From positions 30,489 to 94,488 of IMG/VR virus record IMGVR_UViG_3300037247_001602: a stretch of DNA of 64,000 nucleotides, one strand, 5' to 3'. The translations under genes were made by a program, and so were the position numbers. Below, piece after piece: positions 20,097 to 30,053 of this stretch. The notes below the pieces were generated by a model. That model worked only from the letters and a program-made list of their open reading frames with translations, was not told where the DNA came from and did not search any database. Positions within the stretch are counted from its first letter, which is position 1, and the number at the start of each line of letters is the position of its first letter. This DNA comes from a virus.

Positions 20097-21518
20097 ATGA
20101 ACTTTATCGAGAAAATAGCAAGGCGCAAACGCAAGAAGAAGGAATTTGCGCCTGGACTTCCCAGAAGAGAGCAGACGACGAATCCTCCCGTCACAGAAAA
20201 GCCGAAAATATGGGCTTCTGTTATTCAGCGACACGACGCCAGGCGAGCCGGAACTCATTTTGATTTCCGTCTTGGCGATCTAGAGACTGGGATAGGCCAC
20301 TCCTGGGCGATGCGTAAGCTTCCTGGACCTGGCGAGAAAGTCCTGGCTATCCAACAGCCCGATCATACGATCCCCTATTTCAAATTCACAGGCGAGATCC
20401 CTGTCGGTTATGGCGCCGGCGAAGTAGGGCGCCACAGCCTGCTCGACGCAGAGGTATTGGAATCCGATAAGAATCGTGTCATTTTCAACCGCTATGACGG
20501 GCGCGATACGCACGAATACGTCCTTCGCCGAATGGACGACAAGCATTGGCTCCTCATCAATCGCACTCCAACAGCCAAGTCAGAACCAATGCCTGAATCC
20601 AAGCCCAAATACAAAGAGATCAAGCCCGGCCAGGTTGATCCGAAGGCCCCAGGCAGATGGGATGCCAAGATCGACGGTGCGTCTCTGAACTATGTCATCC
20701 ATGATGGCAAGCCTATTCGGGCTTTCTCGTATCGCCGCAGTAGGCGAGGGCCGGCCCTGATCCAGCATACGCAACGAATTCCTACTCTACAGGGCGAGAA
20801 GGCACCCAAAGGGTACAAGAGGACGATCCTGAGAGGTGAAGTCTGGGCCACGAATCCCAAGACGAAGAAGGCGATTGAAGCACGGGAACTGGGAGCCTTA
20901 TTGAATTCTCATGTGCTGAGATCACGCAGGCTTCAGGAATCGAAAGGAAAACTTAAGAATATTATCTTCGACATTGTCATGCACAAAGGCAAGAATGTCG
21001 AAGGATTGCCTACGGAAGAAAAGCGCCGCCTGATCGACGAGGTGATCAAAGATTCCAGATTCAAGGGAATATTCGAGAAGCCGTCTTCTGCCACGACACC
21101 TTCTGCGAAAATGAAACTCTTCGAGAAGATCCGCAAGAAACAACACAAACAAACGAAGGAAGGAGTCATCATCCATTCCCCTGAAGGCGTGATGACGAAA
21201 GTGAAATTCAAACCCGAATGGGACGTTGAGATCTCCGGCATCTTCACGAAGCCTAAATCAAAGGCCAAGGGGCAAGCGGGAGGATTCACCTATCGCAAGC
21301 TAGATGGCAAGAGGATAAGCAGGCTGTCCCGTGTAGGAACAGGATTCAGTCGCAAATTACGCGAAGCGATGTATGAGAATCCGGAAGACTTTGTCGGCGT
21401 AGTAGCCAAAGTCACAGGGATGGAGCAGTATCCTTCTGGCGCGATCCGCACCCCTTCTTTCGTTGGATGGCATTTAGATAAGAACGAGCCGGCCATGATT
21501 CCGGAGATCAAAAAGTGA
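20097..21518 (+). CDS. LigD-like 3'-phosphoesterase fused to ATP-dependent DNA ligase
   Basis: PE domain: QRHDARRAGTHFDFRL, SWA, LAIQQPDH, YGAG. Ligase: KIDG, RGEV, FDIV, EGVII, KVK and OB-fold RVGTGFS. Confidence 0.9.
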   Translation: MNFIEKIARRKRKKKEFAPGLPRREQTTNPPVTEKPKIWASVIQRHDARRAGTHFDFRLGDLETGIGHSWAMRKLPGPGEKVLAIQQPDHTIPYFKFTGEIPVGYGAGEVGRHSLLDAEVLESDKNRVIFNRYDGRDTHEYVLRRMDDKHWLLINRTPTAKSEPMPESKPKYKEIKPGQVDPKAPGRWDAKIDGASLNYVIHDGKPIRAFSYRRSRRGPALIQHTQRIPTLQGEKAPKGYKRTILRGEVWATNPKTKKAIEARELGALLNSHVLRSRRLQESKGKLKNIIFDIVMHKGKNVEGLPTEEKRRLIDEVIKDSRFKGIFEKPSSATTPSAKMKLFEKIRKKQHKQTKEGVIIHSPEGVMTKVKFKPEWDVEISGIFTKPKSKAKGQAGGFTYRKLDGKRISRLSRVGTGFSRKLREAMYENPEDFVGVVAKVTGMEQYPSGAIRTPSFVGWHLDKNEPAMIPEIKK

Positions 21519-21688
21519 CCATCATCGAAAAGATCGCTCAAATCGGGGGTCTCCGAGCCATGGGGCACGGAGCCAGGATGAAGGCAGTGAAAGCCTTCCT
21601 CAGAAGTATAGGCAAGCAGCCGAAGAAGAGGACACTGATTGAAAGGTTGGCCAGAATTCAGAGGCAACTTCCCCAGCCTGCAGGCTAA
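21515..21688 (+). CDS. 57-aa basic IEKIA-tagged protein (missing from ORF track)
   Basis: GTG start overlaps the ligase stop and follows GGAG; reads MTIIEKIAQIGGLRAM...PAG*. Confidence 0.6.
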   Translation: MTIIEKIAQIGGLRAMGHGARMKAVKAFLRSIGKQPKKRTLIERLARIQRQLPQPAG

Positions 21689-21750
21689 AGCAAGCCGGCT
21701 TACTGCAAGCAAGGCGCGATATGAAACTTATACCGGAACCATCTTGAATG

Positions 21751-21778
21751 TTGACAATTGTAGCACATGAGGTAGAAT
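21751..21778 (+). promoter_or_regulatory. sigma70-like promoter with TGTAGCACA spacer element
   Basis: TTGACA-ATTGTAGCACATGAGG-TAGAAT; ATG 8 nt downstream (possibly leaderless). Confidence 0.7.
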
Positions 21779-21786
21779 CCTAACCT

Positions 21787-22902
21787 ATGGCAACGCCGCT
21801 ACATACAGCGCAGAGATTCGGATCGGATCGCCCGACTGAAGATCCGTACAATCAGTCGGCTACGCCGTTCCTGGAAGGGATTATCCGTGATGTGGATTCC
21901 GAGAAGTGGACATGTGAGGTTAAGACACTAGGCCTGGATCAGTCCCTCCAAGATGTCCGGATCATGTCGCCATATTTTAATTTTACGAATGGCCATGGAA
22001 TGTTCCAAATTCCAGAAATCGGCTCAATGTGCGTGGTTAGTCGCACGCAGTCTGATTGGTTCGTTGTCGGTTTCATACCGCCTTCCGATGTGGATGATAC
22101 TGAAGGTACGGAATCAGATGAGGCCACGACAGGCAGCCAGAACCTATCAGAGCCCTTCCTGGGCCAGGTAGCGGCCATTCAGAGCCGGCTACTAAAGCAA
22201 GAGCAAGGGGGAAACGGAATACCCAAACGGCACTCATTCAGATCTAACCGCGAAGGAGATATGATCCCTGGAGACGGATGCCTGAAAAGCCGGGCCGGAA
22301 ATAAATTCAAATGGTTTACAAATGGGAATCTTCTGGCCGAAGCATCGAAACTCTGCCAGAGAATATGGTCCCGATTGCAGAATCAGATCATAGATATTGC
22401 CGCCCGTTACAGTCTGCTCACTCCTGGAGTCCAGAAAGAGATCACCGTCTCTGATGAAACGCGGGAAGTCCTTGAGACGATTAAAGTTAGAAGAAAGACA
22501 GATGACGATACGCCGCAGATACAAATCAAGAGAGGATTCATCAATGGCCAAGAAGTCTATGAATTTATCGTTCAGGACAATAGCGGCGTAAAACACAGAA
22601 TCACCATTGGGACCGATGGTGAGCGCCTAGTCACAATTGGAGATCCCTCTTTCCCGGCAGTTAAGATTGAATCGAAACCATCAGGTGAGTATAATCTCAC
22701 CGCGACTACAGCGGTCAAAGTAGACGCTCCAAGCGTCATCGTAGGCGTGACAGGAGCCGAGGACTTTCTCGTGAAACTGAGTTCCTTGCTCGTCAAGTAC
22801 AACGCTCATACGCATAATGGGAATTTGGGGGCTCCGACTGGGCCAGTTCTTTCTGGTATCCTTGATAGTTCAGATGGAACGACAAAGCTGAGAGGCGGAT
22901 AG
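21787..22902 (+). CDS. baseplate central spike (gp5/gpV-like)
   Basis: N-terminal OB fold (GIIRDVD..IPEIGSMCVV..WFVVGF), a beta-helical region, and an apex HTH (YNAHTH) metal motif. Confidence 0.75.
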   Translation: MATPLHTAQRFGSDRPTEDPYNQSATPFLEGIIRDVDSEKWTCEVKTLGLDQSLQDVRIMSPYFNFTNGHGMFQIPEIGSMCVVSRTQSDWFVVGFIPPSDVDDTEGTESDEATTGSQNLSEPFLGQVAAIQSRLLKQEQGGNGIPKRHSFRSNREGDMIPGDGCLKSRAGNKFKWFTNGNLLAEASKLCQRIWSRLQNQIIDIAARYSLLTPGVQKEITVSDETREVLETIKVRRKTDDDTPQIQIKRGFINGQEVYEFIVQDNSGVKHRITIGTDGERLVTIGDPSFPAVKIESKPSGEYNLTATTAVKVDAPSVIVGVTGAEDFLVKLSSLLVKYNAHTHNGNLGAPTGPVLSGILDSSDGTTKLRGG

Positions 22903-22911
22903 GAGAAAATC

Positions 22912-24822
22912 ATGGATCTTTTCATCGAGACTCCGACTTTCGAGAAGACTGCATCGATCAAACTCTCGGAAGATATAAACGAGTGGCCTATACAGATCAC
23001 TCAGCATCTTCACGAAGAACATCCCTATCTCGTGGATGAATCATCGGAGGTCATCATCAAGAGATCCGATGCTCTTCGCGGCTACGGATATGGATTCGTG
23101 AAGATCGGAGAAAACGTGCGCGTGCCAGTTATCGTGAATCAATACGAGATGAGTCCCCTGGATGTTTGGCTTGATAAGAAGGGACTGGCCCATGTCCTCG
23201 ATGAAGATGCTGTCAGAGGAGCAACTCAGTCAACGACACTCGGCAAGGCTATCAAGCAACAGACCGATGGCTATGTCGATTCGCTGATCTACAGCAGAAC
23301 CTATCCGCCCTATGACGGCAAGTACGTATATGCTGCCGCCAACCACGAAACAGAAATAGCTGTCCACCCACGCCCATATGTTTCAGTTCTGTCCTCGATT
23401 CCGATGACGCCAGAGGAAAGGAAGGTTAACTTCGAGAAGCTGGCCCAATCCGTCGTGGCTGGATTTCATGCGAATGGAACGGACGTGACAGTTCTTAAAC
23501 CATGGCTCTCAGACGGATTCGAGAAGGTCGCCGCTGAACGGGACAAGCGTGCGAGCCCTATTGGAGCCTATTGCTCTGAGGATGCACCGATTCCCGATGC
23601 GATCATCAAGGAAGACATGAATACGGGCGATCCTCAGGTCGCCGACTCGTATGGTGACTACTTATGCGAAGGCAAGTCCGGAGAAAGATACATCGGTCAC
23701 GTTTTTCCCCATGTATACGATTTTGATCTCAAGCCCGTCGATCTTGCGATCTTCAAAGGCCGGTGGCAGCCGGATGTGAAACCAGGAGCAAGGTATCCAG
23801 TCGGACCAAAGATATGCTCCTCTGTCCAGGCCAGAATCGCCGGAATTAAGCTTCCAAAGAGCAGGAAACTACATGACGATCACGCCCGCTCGAATGAGCG
23901 CGGATTCTTCGTCAAAGAGAAGGGAGAGGCCGCAGTCGCCCTCATCCCCGTCACTATCCTGTCCGTGGCTCGGTCAAGAGAGCATCACGAGACGAAAAGA
24001 GAAAACGAGACTTATGACCGCCGAATCAAGATTGAAACAGATTATGAGATCACGAAATTCTATTGCAAGACCGATCTCGGCGAGGCGGTCACGATTGTGA
24101 AGTCGCCTAATACGACCGATGTGAAGCGGTCTGGATCGACAGTCTTCATCCCTGGATCGATGATCTTTTGCCGGCTAGAGACGCCGATCACGCTGAAAGA
24201 AGACCCGGAGATGATCAAGAAGGCTGCCCTGGCTGACTATGGCGTCAATGATATGAGGGTGAACCATATCGATGGCGTTTTCTCGTTCCACGGAACGAAT
24301 GTGGATGGCTATGAACTCCAAGCCGGCGTGCCAGAGAAAGAGGCGAGAGACTTTCTGGAACAAACGTGGACGAAGGAGGCTTCGGAGAAGATCATCAAGC
24401 GTGCCCAGCAGGGCAAGCCAGGAATCGCAACGACTATTCATGTCGCAATCGCGCCTCCTAAATTTGAAAAGACAGCTTCGGATCACATTGTCGAAGTGAA
24501 TGAAGAGGGGGTTGTCCTCACAGATCCGGAAGCGTTTGCGTTGAGGCTCCAGTATCTCACGCGGGATTTCGATAAGATTGCGGCAACGCTCCAAGATTCA
24601 GGACTCGTGGATTCCGTCTTGAGTCTGAAATTCATCAACAAAGAGAACATTGACAAATATGCTGAATTCGCTCCTCAGTTCGAAGAAGCCGTGAACCACT
24701 TGGCTGATTTGCTGATCGCATCTCGCGTCGGCCTTCAGATTCAGGAAGAAGCCGTCAAGACGGCCATGAAGAACATGGCCATCGTTGTGCGTGAGCTAAA
24801 GACGCTGAAAGGGATCAAATGA
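22912..24822 (+). CDS. large virion or head-core protein with multiple KxA sites
   Basis: 636 aa; FEKTA twice, FEKLA, FEKVA, DKRA, KKAA, FDKIA. Confidence 0.65.
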   Translation: MDLFIETPTFEKTASIKLSEDINEWPIQITQHLHEEHPYLVDESSEVIIKRSDALRGYGYGFVKIGENVRVPVIVNQYEMSPLDVWLDKKGLAHVLDEDAVRGATQSTTLGKAIKQQTDGYVDSLIYSRTYPPYDGKYVYAAANHETEIAVHPRPYVSVLSSIPMTPEERKVNFEKLAQSVVAGFHANGTDVTVLKPWLSDGFEKVAAERDKRASPIGAYCSEDAPIPDAIIKEDMNTGDPQVADSYGDYLCEGKSGERYIGHVFPHVYDFDLKPVDLAIFKGRWQPDVKPGARYPVGPKICSSVQARIAGIKLPKSRKLHDDHARSNERGFFVKEKGEAAVALIPVTILSVARSREHHETKRENETYDRRIKIETDYEITKFYCKTDLGEAVTIVKSPNTTDVKRSGSTVFIPGSMIFCRLETPITLKEDPEMIKKAALADYGVNDMRVNHIDGVFSFHGTNVDGYELQAGVPEKEARDFLEQTWTKEASEKIIKRAQQGKPGIATTIHVAIAPPKFEKTASDHIVEVNEEGVVLTDPEAFALRLQYLTRDFDKIAATLQDSGLVDSVLSLKFINKENIDKYAEFAPQFEEAVNHLADLLIASRVGLQIQEEAVKTAMKNMAIVVRELKTLKGIK

Positions 24823-25472
24823 CCACAGGAACCTTAGCCACACCCGTTAATTCACTTACAGAATGTCAGACCGCTGGAGCAAATAGCTCTATACCCCCAA
24901 TGCCAACGTTTGTCGGTCATGATTATACAGTGGTGGAGAGCACAACGACGGCAGGTACATCAGAGCAGATTGTTAGCCACCCAGCCGCCTTTCCTTCCGT
25001 CGTAAATACACCTATCGTGATGCCGAGTCCTATATACTCCGCTCCTTCGTATGGCGGACAGTTTAATGCTGGACAATCCAAGGGAGACCTGATTCTAGAG
25101 CGCTTGGCCGAATTTGATTCAGGGAAGATTCATGAGTTCATCCGAAGGAACCGCAAGACAATCACTAGCCTGGAAGAGATGATTGTCAATCTTCTTAAAG
25201 ATGCCGATCTCATGGCCTATGAGATCTTGAAGCCTCTGATGGTGGCCAAGGATGAGGCCTATAATATGATCAAATACGCACTGCACACTTTAGAGCAGCG
25301 CTGCGCGCCCGTTAATGATCTTCAGCCGGTGGTAGCGCAGGAATTCCGGGTTGAATTGTCAAATGAGGACTGTGCCCGGATAACGGAAACTATAGCTGCT
25401 GGAAGTAAAGCAGTAAGCGTGAGTTGCGCTAATTCAACATATATTCACCCTCGCATAGTAGCTGGTAGTTGA
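24819..25472 (+). CDS. hypothetical protein
   Basis: ATGA coupling; 217 aa. Confidence 0.6.
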   Translation: MTTGTLATPVNSLTECQTAGANSSIPPMPTFVGHDYTVVESTTTAGTSEQIVSHPAAFPSVVNTPIVMPSPIYSAPSYGGQFNAGQSKGDLILERLAEFDSGKIHEFIRRNRKTITSLEEMIVNLLKDADLMAYEILKPLMVAKDEAYNMIKYALHTLEQRCAPVNDLQPVVAQEFRVELSNEDCARITETIAAGSKAVSVSCANSTYIHPRIVAGS

Positions 25473-25491
25473 CAAGAAGGAGGACGCAGGT

Positions 25492-25683
25492 ATGGCGACG
25501 ATTATAGGCACTCAAACATCCGAGACCCCCAAAGATAAGACTGTAACCCTGAAAGGAGAGGCGGTCCTGAATCCTGCGGACGCAGCATTACAGATCGATA
25601 TTCCTATCGATCATCAGGCTCCAACCGGAAGGCGACTGAAAGTATCGTGGACAGTCACGATTCTTGAAGAGGATAATACTTAG
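25492..25683 (+). CDS. hypothetical protein
   Basis: AAGGAGG RBS; 63 aa. Confidence 0.65.
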   Translation: MATIIGTQTSETPKDKTVTLKGEAVLNPADAALQIDIPIDHQAPTGRRLKVSWTVTILEEDNT

Positions 25684-26153
25684 TGAGGGTTATTGAGAAA
25701 ATCGCTGATGCACCGAAGGCAAAGAAGAATCTCCAAGGCTCTCTTCCGAAGACCTGGGGAGTTCTCTATGCACATCCAAATCCAGACGGGTCCCGCAAGA
25801 AGTGCGACAATTGCATGATGTTTATTTCTGGCGAGAAGCAATGCGAAATCCATGATATAAACATTGTCGTTACGAAAGAGGATGTTTGTGGCTACCATGT
25901 TTACGGCAAGACGCATCCCAAGCGGATGCACAAGCCTGACAATGTTCACCTTCAGGCCGTGGACCCGAAGCATAGCGGACTGGCGAAAGTCCCTGGCGGG
26001 ACTTCGTGCGGCACATGTGAATACTTTAAGAACTCGAAGAACGGGAAGGGGACGTGCATCGTTGTCCAGGAAGGGGTTGGAGAGGATGAATCGACGGGCA
26101 AGCTAGCCACTGTTGAAGCACTTGGATGTTGCGCAAGATGGAAATCCAAATGA
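25683..26153 (+). CDS. IEKIA-tagged protein with two HiPIP-like 4-Cys domains
   Basis: CDNCMMF..C..VCGYH and CGTCEYF..C..GCCARW. Confidence 0.65.
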   Translation: MRVIEKIADAPKAKKNLQGSLPKTWGVLYAHPNPDGSRKKCDNCMMFISGEKQCEIHDINIVVTKEDVCGYHVYGKTHPKRMHKPDNVHLQAVDPKHSGLAKVPGGTSCGTCEYFKNSKNGKGTCIVVQEGVGEDESTGKLATVEALGCCARWKSK

Positions 26154-26436
26154 GAAGCCAGACTAGGACGATTTTGAGCAAAAGGGGTGAACATCTCAAT
26201 GCCCTTGCATTAAGGCGGAAAATAGTTGCCTTACAAGAACGGGGCACCTTGGGAATCAGAATCTTCTTGTTCCTCATCAATGAGGATCTAGAGCCAGACG
26301 CCAGAGAACAGATGGACCTTGCTCTGGTTCTCGCCAAACAGCGTTTCAATAAACACACGCATGTCAGCAGATGGCCTGGACTGCGCGGCCCGTACAGCGA
26401 CTTCGGTAGGAGAAGGAGGCTCATCGGAGCGAAGGC

Positions 26437-26664
26437 ATGAACAGCATTATATCTACATTTGGTCTTTCTACTAGCAATCCAGCTAGTGCACTATTGCAAA
26501 GAGCCCTACACGTAATCGAAAGCCAAGCCTATGAAGACCAGATGAGATATTATAGATTTAGAGACTTGACGAACAAGGACTACACTAGAGTTGTTTCGCG
26601 CGCCGAATCCATATCCGCCCCGAGAAACCTGGGCAAACGAATCCTCCAGTTCCTCTACTTCTAG
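26437..26664 (+). CDS. hypothetical protein
   Basis: GGAG RBS; 75 aa. Confidence 0.45.
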   Translation: MNSIISTFGLSTSNPASALLQRALHVIESQAYEDQMRYYRFRDLTNKDYTRVVSRAESISAPRNLGKRILQFLYF

Positions 26665-26726
26665 CGGTATAAGAGCCCTACAGTTGGTTTTAGAAGGAGT
26701 CCTGAAGGAAATTGTGGGAGACCGGC

Positions 26727-27143
26727 ATGACACTCGGAGAGAGAATCACCGATTTTTACTATTGGGATTATGTTCAACCACATGTAGACAAGTGTATCAA
26801 AAGGGCGGCGAAAGATGGATTTCGCCCAATGCCCCTTACAGAAGAGAAGAAATTCTACAATGACCCAGCGTTCAGAGTCACAATGGCAATGCCGAGATTA
26901 TCGATCCGGATTATTCTACAAATGATGCATCGAGAGCAAGGCGAATATTACTACGACAATGTCACCATCATCTTCTTCGAACAGGTCATGACGGCTCTAT
27001 ATATTCTGGAAGGCTTACGCGCCTGGTGCTGCCATCGAGGCGAGGACATTCCTATGATCGGGACAGATAAGAAACAACGAATGGCTGAATGGATAGAATG
27101 GGGTAAGCAAAGAGGCTACATCCATGACGAATCTCTTGTATAA
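26727..27143 (+). CDS. hypothetical protein, divergent paralog of the next gene
   Basis: GGAG RBS; ends W.EWGK.RGY. Confidence 0.6.
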   Translation: MTLGERITDFYYWDYVQPHVDKCIKRAAKDGFRPMPLTEEKKFYNDPAFRVTMAMPRLSIRIILQMMHREQGEYYYDNVTIIFFEQVMTALYILEGLRAWCCHRGEDIPMIGTDKKQRMAEWIEWGKQRGYIHDESLV

Positions 27144-27513
27144 TACGCCTTTCCCTCAGGGAGGGTTGGCGATGAGAGCATCAGATCATCTTCTCATGGC
27201 TGAGTTTATGACCTTAGCGGAGAAGTGGGTTGAGGAAACTAAGGATATAAAGAATACCGAGAAGTACTTCGATCGGAATTATGCCAAAATCGTTGAAATG
27301 GGAGATCGGATAATTCCCATTCTTCTCGATGAGATTGTGGGAGAATTGGGAATGTCGAAAGGAGAACCCAGCAAATGGTTTTGGGCACTCAAGTTGATCA
27401 CAGGAGATAATCCAGTTCCTGAGCGGTTCAGGAACAAGCCTAAAAAGGCTGCATCATGTTGGTTACATTGGGGAAAGACTCATGGATTCGAAACAGAATT
27501 CCCAGAAGACTGA
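27124..27513 (+). CDS. conserved-type hypothetical protein (WFWAL..ITGDNPV...WGK)
   Basis: Pattern resembles a widespread uncharacterised bacterial family; start may be the GGAGG-preceded ATG at 27172. Confidence 0.65.
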   Translation: MTNLLYNTPFPQGGLAMRASDHLLMAEFMTLAEKWVEETKDIKNTEKYFDRNYAKIVEMGDRIIPILLDEIVGELGMSKGEPSKWFWALKLITGDNPVPERFRNKPKKAASCWLHWGKTHGFETEFPED

Positions 27514-27691
27514 ACGGACATTCAGTTCTCTGAAAGATTTCTCGGACGCCTTCTTTCGAGAGCATGTCAAGAAGGGAGGAGCCACCCAAAAGAAAAGGGC
27601 CGGCGCACGCAAGAAACGCGCAACGCCTGTCAGTGGCAAGACATAGCAAGTTATTGCCGGGACTAAATTCCGGGACATAGAGCCGCACGGT

Positions 27692-27725
27692 AAAGAAAAA
27701 GGGCCTTAGCCCTTCTTCTTTTTAC
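27692..27725. terminator. bidirectional terminator at the strand switch
   Basis: AAAGAAAAAGGGC-CTTA-GCCCTTCTTCTTTTT. Confidence 0.6.
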
Positions 27726-28602
27726 CTTTCTTCTTGGCCTTGGATCTTTCGTCGTGCACTCCGTATGCAAAGGCATGGAGAGATTCTGCGAATATGAAAA
27801 TGGCGACTTGACGAACATAGGGTGATTCCTTTCCTTTCCTTCGCACTACAAATACCTTCATTGGAGAAAGCTCTACTTCATATCCCAGGCGTTCGAGTTT
27901 TTTTACGGATGCGAGATATAGATTTACGACGGTGCAGTCTTCCATCCTATACCTCCTTGAGATCAGTGATGAGAAGCAGAACGAATGCTTCGGGTAGCGC
28001 GTCAATCCTTACCGTGTTCAGTTTTTTGTACTGTTTCAGGTTCATTTTCTTCCTCCTGAATTCTCTTCGGGCTTCTGAACGAGAATGACACACTTGTGGC
28101 CATTTCGAAGTTGTGGCCGCATTCGCAGCAGTGTGCATCATGATCTCCGTCAGCCAGGAGATCGTAATTCTCGCATGCCATCGGGTCCCAGAGGTGTCCA
28201 CACTTCGGGCAGCGCAAAAACGAGTCATGCCAGAATTCCTCTGTCCCCCCAGCCTTTCTGCACTGGTGGCAAAGGGCTGGATGCCCCCTGCTAAACATGA
28301 TATGACCATGGCACTTCTGGCAGTTCTCGCCGTTGTCTATCTGCGCCTGGTGTAAAGCGCGCCAATCGATTTTACCATTTGCTTTCCTGAAGCTATCCAT
28401 CTTGACTAGGCTCATCGCTCCCCCCTTTCCCAGCGAAGACTTTGCGAATGTGGTGGTAGTTTGCGAGAAACAGGAATATCGCCCAGGCCGCCACAACAAC
28501 CCACCATTCCATATACGGGGACCAGAGCAGCATGAGGAATCCGATTGTTATTATGATCTGCGCCATCACTTCCTCCTTTCTTTTTAGCTATATCATCCCT
28601 AC

Positions 28603-28989
28603 TCATTCTATCCTTTCAATCCTTGCAATCTCGAACCCATCTCTGAGCTTCACGACCATTCTGCCCACAGTCTTGACTGCTTCTTGTTGCGAAAAACCGT
28701 CCGGGTCCCACTTGTCAATCTCTACGATGGCCTCTCGCAACACCTTAATTTTAGCCTCGTGGATGGCATCGGCATTTTTCTTCCAGTGCCAGATCCCCAA
28801 GAACGCCGTGTACAGATAGGCCGTGAACAGCCCCGCAGCCGCCCACTGTTCGTGCCAGCAGAAGTATACGATCCATCCGGTGTTGCCTGGAACCCAGCAG
28901 TAGAATCCCTCGATTCTCTTCTTGGCGATGAGCCACGCCCCAGCGATACCCAGTGCCGTACAGGTCCAGGATAGGATTTCCCAGAGCAT
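28603..28989 (-). CDS. PnuC-like small membrane protein
   Basis: Three transmembrane helices; W..ALGIAGAWL.AKK..GF..W...N and G.W.W PnuC-repeat pattern. Confidence 0.55.
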   Translation of the reverse strand: MLWEILSWTCTALGIAGAWLIAKKRIEGFYCWVPGNTGWIVYFCWHEQWAAAGLFTAYLYTAFLGIWHWKKNADAIHEAKIKVLREAIVEIDKWDPDGFSQQEAVKTVGRMVVKLRDGFEIARIERIE

Positions 28990-30053
28990 TATTTTTTCCT
29001 CCTAATCAGGCGCATTCTCTCCAATGCTGCCTTTGGTTTGCATCTTCTTGATCTTGGCGAGGGCCTTGTCCAGCACCTGACGAGCATCGCTGGGAGTGCC
29101 TAGAGACCCAATGAGCAGCGTGCCCGCACTTTCCATTGCCGTCCGCGCCACGTCCAGCCGTTCCTCGCAATCACTCAGACATTCACACGTCACATCCAGA
29201 CTTCTTTGTAGATTCGTATTGCTGAGATTCATTTTCCCCACCGCCGTGCATATGGCGTCGGCGATATGTTCCGTCGAACGCACGATTCTGTCCTTAACCA
29301 TCTCGTCGGTGCACCCCAGGATAGACGGCCCTCTGTTACACTTCTTCGCCGCTTCCCGCGCCAGTTCCTCAATGCGTGCGTCATCCTCGGTGATCTCGAT
29401 GGGCTCGTTCACGGCTGATTCTCCTTGTTTGGCCTCACGGGCGGCGGCGATAACTGCCTGAGAAGGCGGGAAATTGCCGAACACGGCGATGCGTAGATCC
29501 GCCAGAGATTGCAGGTGAGCCAATTCGCGTTCTTTACTCTCATCTAATCCATTCTTGATCTGGGCTTCAATCAACACGATACGCCTAGCATTTGTCGCGT
29601 CCCAATTCCTCGTCACGGCCAACACCGCCTTAACCGTGTCCTTCTCCACCGGCTCCAGTTTCGCCGCCAGTTCCTCGACGAGGGGAGAGACATGACGGTA
29701 AATAGCCTGAGCCTTAGAAACCATTCCGTCGGCTGCCTTCAAACATGCATCCGCCAACCGTTTACGGATTTCGTCCTTTTCCTTATTCATCCTCATTCTC
29801 CACCAACAATTCCATGAGTTCTTGTATCTTCTCCCGGCTGAATTCTGGATTTTGCCGCTCATCCTGTCCACTGATCATTGCTTGGATGATCTTCTCTGCG
29901 GCACAGTTATAGGCCCCCCCTGCCTCTTTGGTGGCGAATAGATCCAAGTGGATTAGTCTCTCGCCCTTTGGAAGAAATTTGAAGGGGATTGTCTCTTTGC
30001 AGGCGGGGCACAACATCGCTGCCGCCGTCATCATTCCCCTGTAGAATGCGTAT

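Noticed and set aside
21727-21734. CTTATACC copies at 21727, 31272 and 58696
   Set aside because: They lack an upstream T-tract or a suitably placed downstream start, and the latter two lie inside CDSs, so they were treated as chance matches.
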